Part shown: in pieces, positions 18,299 through 27,249 of the stretch | Numbering within the stretch: position 1 is the stretch's first letter | Layout: every line of letters begins with the position of its first letter | From: Candidatus Sumerlaeia bacterium | GTDB taxonomy: Bacteria; Sumerlaeota; Sumerlaeia; SLMS01; JANRJK01 | Direction of reading: 5' to 3' | Length of the DNA: 64,000 nt | Assembly (NCBI GenBank): GCA_033764015.1 | Contig: JANRJK010000014.1 | Span: 99,244 to 163,243, forward strand | Notes under the pieces: model-generated | The model's input: the letters and a program-made list of their open reading frames with translations, nothing else | What the model was told of the DNA's origin: nothing | The model's database searches: none | Program-made: the position numbers and the translations under genes

Positions 18299-19596
18299 GG
18301 CGCGGCCTCCCGGATCCGCTCCGCGCGCAGGTTCCCGACCTCGACGACGGCGCCGCCGAGGGCGTCCCGCGTGTCGGCGGGAACGCGCTCGACCTGCAGG
18401 TCGACCACGCGGTCGCGGTCCTCCGCCGGCAGGAGAACCGAAAGCTCCTGCCACTCCCCCGCAGGCGTGGTTTCGGTGCCGTCGCGGCGGCTCCGCCCTT
18501 CGCGCAGGAGGAGGCGCACGCGGGAACTGCCCGGGGGCTCGAGGCGCACGGAGAGGCGGAATGCGGCCGTTTCGCCGGCGGGAACGGGTAGCCGGTAGAA
18601 GCGCCAGCCGAAGGCGCGGGGTGCGTCCTCGCCCCAATCGGTGAAGCGGAGCGAGAGCGTGCCGTAGGGACGCGCGCTGTTCGGGGGCGAGTACGCATCG
18701 GCGCGGAGGCGGTTGCGCGGGCCGGGGTGCTGCCAACCGAGCGGCCACGGGTCGGCGAGCGCGAACTGGTCGAGGCGCGGCGCGTCGAGCGCGAGCGAAT
18801 CGGTGGTCGCGGGGTCGGAGGGGCGCCAGAGGCGGTCGATCCAGCCGGCCAGCGGTGGATCGAGCGCGACCTCGAGCGCCCGGCGCCGGAACTCGGCGTC
18901 GGCGAGGCGCGCCGCGGGCACGAGGTCGAGGAGGCGGGCGTTCTCCGCGGCGTTGCGGGAGTCGAGCGCCTTGAGGAAGTCGCCGAGTTCGGCGCCTTCG
19001 AGGGCTTCGCCGCCGAGCTGGTGCCAAGTGACTTCCGGGGGAAGGCCCGAGCGTGTGAGCTCGCGCGCCGCCTCGTTCCGCCTGCGGGGGCCGAAGGCGG
19101 CGAGCTGGCGGGCGGTCTGGTAGGCGCGCCCGGTTTCGCCGAGCAGCACCCAGAGCTGGACCGCTTCGAGGCGCTGCGCGGGGAAGTTGGGATCGAGTTC
19201 GTCGGAGCGCAGCAGCGAGATCCGCGCGTCGGTCCGGCGGCCCTGCGCGATCCGCAGGCGGGCGTGCTGCATCCACAGGCCGGCGCGGAGCGGGTCGAGG
19301 CGCAGGGCCTCCTCGATGAACCGGGCGGCTTCGTCGTTCCGGGGTGGGAAGAAGCCCTCCTCGGCGGCGCGGGCGAGCTCGCGGGAGGCGCCGTGCGTGC
19401 GTGGCGGGTCCGGGAAGGCGAGGATGGCGGCCTCCGTTCCCGCGCGGACCACATCGGCCCAGCGGTCGGCGGCGTCGCCCTCGGCGATGCGCGCGGCGCC
19501 CCAGGCGAGGGCCGCGGCGGTGAGGGCCGCCGCGGCGGTGGCGGCGGCGGGGCGTGGCGCGCGGTACCGGTGCGCGTCCGGTTGGGTGCCGCTCAT
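18295..19596 (-). CDS. Membrane-anchored TPR-like protein with a C-terminal beta-rich domain
   Basis: N-terminal hydrophobic anchor, EEALRLDP...SDELDPN helical repeats; ATGA overlap with the GT4 stop. Confidence 0.65.
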   Translation of the reverse strand: MSGTQPDAHRYRAPRPAAATAAAALTAAALAWGAARIAEGDAADRWADVVRAGTEAAILAFPDPPRTHGASRELARAAEEGFFPPRNDEAARFIEEALRLDPLRAGLWMQHARLRIAQGRRTDARISLLRSDELDPNFPAQRLEAVQLWVLLGETGRAYQTARQLAAFGPRRRNEAARELTRSGLPPEVTWHQLGGEALEGAELGDFLKALDSRNAAENARLLDLVPAARLADAEFRRRALEVALDPPLAGWIDRLWRPSDPATTDSLALDAPRLDQFALADPWPLGWQHPGPRNRLRADAYSPPNSARPYGTLSLRFTDWGEDAPRAFGWRFYRLPVPAGETAAFRLSVRLEPPGSSRVRLLLREGRSRRDGTETTPAGEWQELSVLLPAEDRDRVVDLQVERVPADTRDALGGAVVEVGNLRAERIREAAP

Positions 19597-20852
19597 GGGG
19601 GGTGGGCGGCGGCGGGTAGCGGATCCGCGGGGATGGGCGCCGTCGAGGGGGCCATGGACTCGAACACGGCGCGGAGGCGCGCGGTGGCGAGGGGCCGGTG
19701 GAACTCCGCTTCGAAGCGCGCGCGGCCCCGGGCTCCCATGGCGGCGGCCTCCCCCGGGTCGTCGGCGAGGCGCTCCACGGCGCGCGCGAACGCCGCTCCG
19801 TCGGCCGGGTCCACGACGATGCCGCAACCCGAGTCGCGGAGCAGCCGCCCCACGGTGCCGGTGGCGCTGCCGACGAACAGGATCGGTCGGCCCGCGGCCA
19901 TGACGCCGAACACCTTGCTGGGTAGCAGCAGCCCGTCGTAGCGGGGATCGAGCGTGACGATGTGCGCGTCGGGCGCGGTGAGCGAGTCGCGAAGCTCGGC
20001 GCGGGGCTGGTAGGGCAGGAAGCGGACCCGGTCGCCCTCCGGCGCCAGGTCGCGGCGGAGGCCGTCGTAGCGCTTGCCGCCGCCGATGAAAGCGAAGGCG
20101 GCGTCGGGCCGGGCGCGCAGCAGGCGGATCCCTTCGACGACCGCGTCGAAGCAGTGGCAGGTGCCCGCGTTGCCGGAGTAGGCGGCGAGGAAGCGCGCGC
20201 GGGGGAACTCGCGGCGGCGGAAGGGGTTTCCCTGCAACGGCGCGGGGCGGATCTCCGCGCCGTCGGCCCAGCAGGGCACCACCTCGAAGCGCTCGCGGGA
20301 AACGCCGCGGCGGGCGAGCACTTCCGCCATGTCACCGCAGAGCGCGACGACCCGGTCGGCTCCGCGCAGCTCGGCGGTGGCGAGGGCGGACCACGCGCGC
20401 CCCGCGGCACTCCGCGGTGAGAAGAGCCCGGAACGGAAAACGATCTCGGGATAAACATCCATCACCCAGAGGGCGTAGGGGACGCCGCGGAGCGCCCGGA
20501 GCCAGCGTCCGTGGACGCCGACCAGCGGCGGTGTGGTGAGGAAGATCGCCGCGTCGGGGCGCGGAACCCTCATCAGCGCGCCGGCCAGGGAGGCGTGGAA
20601 GGCGGTGTAGCCTAGGAGCCGGTCGCGGTAGCGCCCGCGACGGGAGCCGGTGCCGCCGACGCGTTGCACATGGACGCCGTGGAGGACTTCCTCGCCGGGA
20701 AGCGCACCGTCGGCGCCGTCGTAGCGGGCGCGGCCCGCGACGACATGGACCTCGTGCCCCGCGCGGACGAGGTCCTCGCAGGCGTCCGCCAGCACCTGCG
20801 CGGTGGCGGCGCAGTCGGGCGCGTAGTATTGGTTGACGAGCAGCAAGCGCAA
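19593..20852 (-). CDS. Glycosyltransferase family 4 (WcaI-like)
   Basis: VNQYYAPDCAATAQ, MDVYPE, YSGNAG, PSKVFGVMAAGRPI. Confidence 0.9.
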   Translation of the reverse strand: MRLLLVNQYYAPDCAATAQVLADACEDLVRAGHEVHVVAGRARYDGADGALPGEEVLHGVHVQRVGGTGSRRGRYRDRLLGYTAFHASLAGALMRVPRPDAAIFLTTPPLVGVHGRWLRALRGVPYALWVMDVYPEIVFRSGLFSPRSAAGRAWSALATAELRGADRVVALCGDMAEVLARRGVSRERFEVVPCWADGAEIRPAPLQGNPFRRREFPRARFLAAYSGNAGTCHCFDAVVEGIRLLRARPDAAFAFIGGGKRYDGLRRDLAPEGDRVRFLPYQPRAELRDSLTAPDAHIVTLDPRYDGLLLPSKVFGVMAAGRPILFVGSATGTVGRLLRDSGCGIVVDPADGAAFARAVERLADDPGEAAAMGARGRARFEAEFHRPLATARLRAVFESMAPSTAPIPADPLPAAAHPP

Positions 20853-20963
20853 CGCGCCGGGCTCCCCTCCGCCGGGGCGCGCAACGCGCCGCCGGGGGGC
20901 GGTTTCGGATCGGACACGCCAAGGTGCCCGGAACGGCGCTGGCAGTAAAGGGGGGAGTTGCGT

Positions 20964-21743
20964 TCAGCGGTGGAGGACTTGCGGGGTGCCGTCCTCGAGT
21001 TCGAGCACCCGGAGGCGGGCCCCGAAGACCGGTTCGAGGATTTCGGCCCGGAGCACTTCCCTCGGCGCGCCGTCGGCGGCGGCCCGGCCCCGGTCGAGGA
21101 GCAGCAGCCGGTCGGCGAAGCGGGCCGCGAGGTTGGCGTCGTGCGTGGCGACGACGATCGTCCGCCCCTCGGAACGGTGGAGGCGGGAGAGCAGCTCGAA
21201 GGCGTCGCGCTGGCGGGCGAGGTCGAGGGCGGCGGTGGGTTCGTCGAGGACGAGGGCGGGGGCTTCCTGGGCGAGGGCGCGGGCCAGGAGGACACGCTGC
21301 CGCTCGCCGCCGGAGAGCGTGTCGAGCGTGCGCCCGGCGAAGCCTTCGAGGCCGGTGTCGGCGAGCGCGCGGAGGGCGGCGGCGTGGTCCGCGGGCCCTT
21401 CGCGGGCGAAGGCTCCGCGCTGGCGCGGGTAGCGCCCCATCAGGACCACTTCCAGGACTTGGAAGGGGAAGAGGCCCTCCTCCGCCTGGGGGACGTAGGC
21501 GATCCGGCGGGCGATCGCGCCGCGGTCGAGGGTCCGCAGGGGCGTCCCGTCGAGCAGCGCCTCGCCCTGCTGGGGCGTGTGCCAGCCGGTGAGGAGGCGC
21601 AGGAGCGTGCTCTTGCCGGAGCCGTTGGGGCCGAGGACCGCGCAAAACTGGCCCGCGGGAATGGCCAAGTCGAGCGATTCGAAGAGCGCGGGCCCGCCGG
21701 GGAAGCGGAAAGCGGCCCCGCGGAGGGCGAAGCGCTCAGGCAT
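20964..21743 (-). CDS. ABC ATP-binding protein, iron-siderophore/cobalamin/haem (FecE-like) family
   Basis: GPNGSGKST, VLMGRYP, LSGGERQRV, LDEPTAALD, THDANLAARFAD. Confidence 0.9.
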   Translation of the reverse strand: MPERFALRGAAFRFPGGPALFESLDLAIPAGQFCAVLGPNGSGKSTLLRLLTGWHTPQQGEALLDGTPLRTLDRGAIARRIAYVPQAEEGLFPFQVLEVVLMGRYPRQRGAFAREGPADHAAALRALADTGLEGFAGRTLDTLSGGERQRVLLARALAQEAPALVLDEPTAALDLARQRDAFELLSRLHRSEGRTIVVATHDANLAARFADRLLLLDRGRAAADGAPREVLRAEILEPVFGARLRVLELEDGTPQVLHR

Positions 21744-21802
21744 CGCGGCGGATTCCTTGCGCCGATTCGCTTGCCTTCACGCGCGCCGCGGCCCAGATAT
21801 GC

Positions 21803-23362
21803 GTGAAGGCATGGCGTGCCGGGAGAACCCGGGGCGCATCCGGCGACGGGTGGCGAACGGCCTTGGTTTGGATTCTCTTCATCTTCCTCTCCGTGGCGGC
21901 GGTGGCGATCCACCGCCAGCGACGTGCGATCCTCGCGCTCACTTACGAGCTGGGCAACCGCGAGCGCGAGAAGAACGCGGTCTTCGACTTCCTCAACCGA
22001 ACCGGCGAACGCATCACCACGAGCCTCGATGTGACGGGCACGCTGCAGCTCGTCGTCGAATTCCTCCAGGACGCGACGAAGGCGGACGCCGCGGCGATCT
22101 TCCTGCGCCAGCCGGACGAGCCGGACGTGCTCCGCGCGCCGGTGGTGCTAGGCTTCTTCCCGCCGCTGCACCGGACGACCACGGAGCGCCTGCTCGCGAA
22201 GCGGAAGTTCCTCGCGGAGCGCGCGCGGCACGACACGATCCGGATCGGCGAGGGCATCGTGGGCCGCGTGGCGGAACTGGGGAAGGGGATGCTGATCACG
22301 GACGCGGAGCGGGACGAGCGCGTGCCCCGGGAGGCGTCCGAGGTGATCCCCATCAAGGACCTGATACTGGCGCCGATCAAGATCCGCGGAGAGACGCTCG
22401 GCGTGCTGGTGCTGGTGAACAAGCGCGAGGACGGCCCCTTCAGCGAGAGCGACATGAGCCTGGTGACGGCGATCGCCGACCAGGCGGCGGTGATGCTCGA
22501 CCTGGTGCGCCTGTACGACGAGTTCACCGCGAAGCAGCGCGTGGAGCAGCAGCTGCAGGTGGCCAAGGAGTTCCAGCAGATGCTGCTGCCGCGGGAGCTG
22601 CCGCGGATCGAGACGATCGAGGTGGCGGGGTTCTCGCAGCCCGCGCTCGAGGTCGGCGGCGACTACTACGACTTCATCGACGTCGACGAGCACCACCTCG
22701 GGGTGGTGATCGCGGACGTTTCGGGCAAGGGCGTGCCGGGCGCGCTGGTGATGGCGAGCGTGCGGGCGTCGCTGCGCGCGGAGGCGCGGGGGAACCTGTC
22801 GCCGCGCGAGGTGCTGCGCGCGACGAACGCGCAGGCGGTGAAGGACACGAAGCGCGGCGTCTTCATCACGGCGACCTACGGGGTGCTGGACAAGCGCACC
22901 GGCGTGTTCCGGTTCGCGCGGGCGGGGCACGACCCGCTGGTGGTGGTGCGGCCGGAGGACGGCGAGTTGACGCTTCACGAGCCGAATGGCATTGCCCTCG
23001 GGCTGATGGAGGGCGAGGTGTTCGACTTGCTCGAAGAGTCGGAGGTCTCGCTGAAGGACGACGGTGCCATTGTGCTGTACACGGACGGTGTGGTGGAGGC
23101 GATGGACGAGCAGAAGCGGCTCTACGGGGACGCGAGGCTGCACGAGGTGCTGAAGAACACGGCGGGCGAGCCCCCGCAGGCGGTGATCGAGGCGATCAAC
23201 CTCGATATCGAAGCCTTCGCCGGGGTGCGCGAGCCGCACGACGACATCACGATTGTTGTCTTGCAGTGGCGCCGCCCCGCCGCTCAGGATGCAGCGGTCG
23301 AACCGGAATCCACGGGGGGCGCGGAACCCCTGGAAACTCCCGCCACGGACACAGGCACATGA
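21803..23362 (+). CDS. GAF plus PP2C/SpoIIE phosphatase (RsbU-like)
   Basis: N-terminal TM, GAF (GEGIVGRVA...LGVLVLVNK), VGGDYYD, IADVSGKG, AGH, LYTDGVVEA, DDITIV; alternative start TTG 21863. Confidence 0.92.
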   Translation: MKAWRAGRTRGASGDGWRTALVWILFIFLSVAAVAIHRQRRAILALTYELGNREREKNAVFDFLNRTGERITTSLDVTGTLQLVVEFLQDATKADAAAIFLRQPDEPDVLRAPVVLGFFPPLHRTTTERLLAKRKFLAERARHDTIRIGEGIVGRVAELGKGMLITDAERDERVPREASEVIPIKDLILAPIKIRGETLGVLVLVNKREDGPFSESDMSLVTAIADQAAVMLDLVRLYDEFTAKQRVEQQLQVAKEFQQMLLPRELPRIETIEVAGFSQPALEVGGDYYDFIDVDEHHLGVVIADVSGKGVPGALVMASVRASLRAEARGNLSPREVLRATNAQAVKDTKRGVFITATYGVLDKRTGVFRFARAGHDPLVVVRPEDGELTLHEPNGIALGLMEGEVFDLLEESEVSLKDDGAIVLYTDGVVEAMDEQKRLYGDARLHEVLKNTAGEPPQAVIEAINLDIEAFAGVREPHDDITIVVLQWRRPAAQDAAVEPESTGGAEPLETPATDTGT

Positions 23363-23715
23363 AAAGCTACGATTTGCTGATCCATCCGGCCGAAGACGGA
23401 ACGCCCTTCCGGCGCGTGGACGTCATCGGGACGCTCGACAGCCACACGGTGCAGGGCTTCGAGCAGAGCCTCCACAGCCTGCTCGACGACGGCATTCCGC
23501 GCCTGCTCCTGAACATCGAGCAGCTCACCTACATTTCGAGCGCCGGCATCAGCGCGCTCATGGGACTGACCCACCGGCTGCGCCAGACGAACGGCGAACT
23601 GGTACTCCTGAAGCCGACGGAGAAGGTGTACCGCGTGTTCCGCACCCTCGGATTCACGAACATCTTCAAGATCGTGGACAGCGACACGGAGCTGACCGCC
23701 GCGTTCAACCTGTGA
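23359..23715 (+). CDS. STAS anti-sigma-factor antagonist (RsbV/SpoIIAA-like)
   Basis: GTLDSHT...LTYISSAGI with the phospho-Ser; ATGA overlap with the phosphatase; last 118 aa of the 712-aa track ORF. Confidence 0.9.
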   Translation: MKSYDLLIHPAEDGTPFRRVDVIGTLDSHTVQGFEQSLHSLLDDGIPRLLLNIEQLTYISSAGISALMGLTHRLRQTNGELVLLKPTEKVYRVFRTLGFTNIFKIVDSDTELTAAFNL

Positions 23716-23752
23716 ACGCCCGCAACGACCGACACGGACCCATGACCGAACG

Positions 23753-24298
23753 ATGAGCCACGACCGCACCCCCCCTCCGGACCAGCAGCCCGCGGCGCCC
23801 CGCGAACCGCTCGGCGAGACCGTCGAGATCGAGGTCAAGGCACCCGTGGAAACACGCGTGCTCAGCCTGATCCGCACGCTCGTGAGCGCCATGGCCACGG
23901 ACCTCGGGTTCTCGGTGGAAGAGGTCGAGCGCATCGAGCTCGCCGTGGACGAGGCCGCCACCAACGTGGTGCGCCACGCCTACAAGCACATCGGCGTATC
24001 GCCCGACCTGCCCCCGCACGAGCGCCACGAACCGCCCCCGGGCCAGGACTGCACGCTGCACATCCGGGCGGAGCTCCAGCCCCACTGCATGCGCATCTGC
24101 GTGATCGACAAGGGAATCGGGCTGCAGAACATGCCCCCGGGCGTGAACAGCATCGACGAGTACCTCGAACGGCGCGGCAACGGCGGCCTCGGCAACTTCA
24201 TCATCCGGAACTTCATGGACGAGGTGCGCTACGACTACCCCGGCCAGGGCACCGTCCTGACCATGACGAAGTACCTGCCCACTCCCCAGGAGGCCTGA
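23753..24298 (+). CDS. Anti-sigma-factor Ser kinase (RsbW-like)
   Basis: IELAVDEAATNVVRHAY, DKGIG, GGLG...MDEVRY. Confidence 0.9.
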   Translation: MSHDRTPPPDQQPAAPREPLGETVEIEVKAPVETRVLSLIRTLVSAMATDLGFSVEEVERIELAVDEAATNVVRHAYKHIGVSPDLPPHERHEPPPGQDCTLHIRAELQPHCMRICVIDKGIGLQNMPPGVNSIDEYLERRGNGGLGNFIIRNFMDEVRYDYPGQGTVLTMTKYLPTPQEA

Positions 24299-24329
24299 CC
24301 GCCCCGCGCGGTCGAGGCGCCACCTTCCC

Positions 24330-25877
24330 ATGGCCGACCCCGGCAGCGACCGCCTCCTCAGCCAGCTCCGGTGGGTCACCGGGCTCTCGGCCATGCTGGG
24401 CGCCACGAACAACCTCGACGACATCTTCTCGATCCTCCTGTCCGGGCTCCTCTCGCCGGACGGGTTGGGCTATTCCAGCGTGGTGCTGGTGGAGGTGGAC
24501 CCGTTCCAGCGGTTCTACTCGGGAAGCTACGCGCTCGCCTACCACTCCCTGGAGCAGGTGGAGCAGGTGGCGGAGGCGCTGCGCTCCGAGGAGTCGTTCA
24601 TGCGGGCCGATTCCGCCTCCGCGACCGGCGACGAGGAGGAGGAGGACCGCAGGCACCGGCTGAAGCGCACCTCCCAGTGGGTGACGCTGGTGCAGTTCCT
24701 CGATCTGGACGGCGAGCCGAACAAGTCGTTCAAGGGGCAGCGCTTCCCGATCCGCCGCCGCGCACGGCCCGGGCAGCCGCGGGACTTCCTGTCGGAGGCG
24801 CTCGGCATGCGGGCGCCGCGATGCTTCCGGAAAGAGGAAGTGGCGGGCGCTCTCCCCCTGGAGATCGCGGAATTGCTGGAGGGCCAGTTCGCCGTGGTGC
24901 CGCTGCTCTGGAACCACGCGGTGCGGAACCTGATCTTCGTGGACCGCCGCTGGAGCGAGTCGCCGTCGATCTCGCAGACGGACTTGGACGAACTGGAGTA
25001 CTTCGCCAGCCAGTGCGGGCTGGCGATCGGCAACGGGCACCTGATCGCGGACCTGAACCAGGCGCTGAAGGACCTGAAGAACCTCGAAACCATCAAGTCG
25101 AACTTCCTCTCCACGATCTCGCACGAGCTGCGCACCCCCCTCTCCGTGATCATGGGCTTCGTGGACGTGCTGCGGAACCAGGGCGTGGGACCGCTGAACA
25201 ACTCGCAGGCGACGCTGCTGGAGCGCATCGCGCGGAACACGGCCCATCTGCACACGATGGTGTCGGACGTGATCGACATCGCGGAGCTGCAGATCGAGCA
25301 GTCGATGTACCGCACGCTGACGCTGGTGGATCCGCTCGCGGTGCTGATGACGACGCTGCCGCGGCTCGACAACCGGCGCCGCGACGTGCGCTGCGAGGTC
25401 CAGCCGGTGATCCCGGACGGCGGCGTGCCCCGGGTGCTCTCGGACGCCGGGGCGCTGTCGCGGGTATTCTTCCACCTGCTCGACAACGCGATGAAGTTCA
25501 ACACGGGCGGGAAGCCGGTGCGCGTGGTGTTCTCGGTCGAGGGCTCGGACTTGGCGATCACGATCCAGGACCAGGGCATCGGCATCCCGGCGGACAAGCT
25601 GGAGCGGATCTTCGAGCACTTCTACCAGGTGGACGGCGGAATGACGCGGTCGCAGGAGGGGCTCGGGATCGGGCTGGCCGTGGTGCGGATGCTGCTCCAC
25701 GGGATCCGCGGCACCATCCAGGTGGAGAGCGAGGTCGGCAAGGGCTCCGCATTCACCATCGTGCTGCCGGTGCCGGCGGGCGAGGGCGGGGGGACGGCGA
25801 GCCAGGACGAGGTGCCGATGATCTCGCCGAAGAAGCCGATGGAGTTCATGGACGAAGAGGACGAGCAGGCGCCGTGA
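24330..25877 (+). CDS. Cytoplasmic sensor histidine kinase with GAF-like input
   Basis: FLSTISHELRTPL H-box, LLDNAMKF, DQGIGI, FYQVD, GLGIGL, ESEVGKGSAF. Confidence 0.93.
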   Translation: MADPGSDRLLSQLRWVTGLSAMLGATNNLDDIFSILLSGLLSPDGLGYSSVVLVEVDPFQRFYSGSYALAYHSLEQVEQVAEALRSEESFMRADSASATGDEEEEDRRHRLKRTSQWVTLVQFLDLDGEPNKSFKGQRFPIRRRARPGQPRDFLSEALGMRAPRCFRKEEVAGALPLEIAELLEGQFAVVPLLWNHAVRNLIFVDRRWSESPSISQTDLDELEYFASQCGLAIGNGHLIADLNQALKDLKNLETIKSNFLSTISHELRTPLSVIMGFVDVLRNQGVGPLNNSQATLLERIARNTAHLHTMVSDVIDIAELQIEQSMYRTLTLVDPLAVLMTTLPRLDNRRRDVRCEVQPVIPDGGVPRVLSDAGALSRVFFHLLDNAMKFNTGGKPVRVVFSVEGSDLAITIQDQGIGIPADKLERIFEHFYQVDGGMTRSQEGLGIGLAVVRMLLHGIRGTIQVESEVGKGSAFTIVLPVPAGEGGGTASQDEVPMISPKKPMEFMDEEDEQAP

Positions 25878-27187
25878 CCGCGGAGGAGCGGGCGACCGCC
25901 CACCCCGCGCCCGTGGCCGCGAAGGAGCGCCACGAGTACCTCGACCTGCTGCGGGGCGTCGCGATCCTCTGTATCCTCCCGGTCAACATCATCAGCTTTT
26001 CGATGCCCAGCCTCGCGATCACGGGACCGGGGCACTGGGGTTCCCAGTCCGCCTTGGACCAGTGGGCCTTCTATGCAGTGAACACGATTTTCACGATGAA
26101 GTTCTACACGCTGCTGAGCTTCACGTTCGGCGTGGGCCTCGCCATGCAGACGGAGCGCGTGGCGGAGGGGGGAGCGAACCCGACGGGCGTGTACCTGCGC
26201 CGGCTGGCGGGCCTGTTCGCGCTCGGAGCGGTCCATGGCGTGTTCTTCTGGTACGGAGACATCCTCGCGGTGTACGCGGGCGCGGGGCTGCTGGTGTTCG
26301 CGTGGCGCAAGCTGTCGACCACGATGCTATTCGCGCTCGGGGCGTCGCTCGTGGTGCTGCCGATCCTGCTGTGCTGCGCGCCGCTCGGCGCGTTGACGAT
26401 GATGGCGCCGGATGGGGCCCGGATGCAGGGCGAATGGCCGGCGACCTTCGCGAGCGCGGGCGAGTGGGTCGAGCAGCCGGCGGGCGAGCAGGTCGCCTTC
26501 GTTTGGCGCAGCATGTTCACCCCCACGCCGGAGGCGGTCGCGGTCGAGGCCAACATCTACGCGAACGGCAACTGGCTCGAAATCGCCGCCGTGCGCGGTA
26601 AGGACTACGTCCTGTACCTTTCGCAGTACCTGGTCGTCATGGTGCCGGTGATCGCGGGCTTGATGTCGATCGGCGTGGTGCTGATGCGCACCGGGCTGTT
26701 CACCGATGCGAAGGGCAAGGCGGGGCTGCTGCGAAAGCTGGCGTTTTGGGGACTGTTGCTGGGATTGCCGGGCGCGGCGGGGGCCACCTGGGTTTCGACC
26801 TTGGGCGAGCGGTTCATGATCTTCGGGTTCATGGCGCAGCACTTCTCGGCCCAGGCCCTGGCGCTGGGCTACCTCGGGCTTGTCGGGCTGGTGGCCGCCT
26901 CCGGTCCTGCGGGCGGCCTGCGGCGAGCGCTGGGCTGCGTCGGGCGGATGGCGCTGACGAACTACCTGATGCACACCGTCGTGTTCACGACACTCTTCTA
27001 CGGCCATGGCCTGGGTCTGTTCGGGCGCTTCGGTTACGCGGACCTGATGCTGTTCGTGGCGGCGATGTGGGCGTTCCAGCTCGTGGCGAGTCCGGTGTGG
27101 CTGGCGCGGTACCGTTTCGGCCCGGTCGAGTGGCTGTGGCGCAGTTGGACCTACGGGGAGTGGCAGCCGTTCCGGCGGGAGGCGTAG
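25874..27187 (+). CDS. DUF418 (YeiB-like) membrane protein
   Basis: LDLLRGVA, KFYTLLSFTFGVG, WYGDIL, GRMALTNYL, FGPVEWLWR; GTGA overlap with the kinase stop. Confidence 0.9.
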   Translation: MTAEERATAHPAPVAAKERHEYLDLLRGVAILCILPVNIISFSMPSLAITGPGHWGSQSALDQWAFYAVNTIFTMKFYTLLSFTFGVGLAMQTERVAEGGANPTGVYLRRLAGLFALGAVHGVFFWYGDILAVYAGAGLLVFAWRKLSTTMLFALGASLVVLPILLCCAPLGALTMMAPDGARMQGEWPATFASAGEWVEQPAGEQVAFVWRSMFTPTPEAVAVEANIYANGNWLEIAAVRGKDYVLYLSQYLVVMVPVIAGLMSIGVVLMRTGLFTDAKGKAGLLRKLAFWGLLLGLPGAAGATWVSTLGERFMIFGFMAQHFSAQALALGYLGLVGLVAASGPAGGLRRALGCVGRMALTNYLMHTVVFTTLFYGHGLGLFGRFGYADLMLFVAAMWAFQLVASPVWLARYRFGPVEWLWRSWTYGEWQPFRREA

Positions 27188-27249
27188 TCCCGGCGGGTTC
27201 GTTCGAGTCGCGCGCGGCGGCGGCGCTGCTCGCCGCGGCGGCGGTCTCG

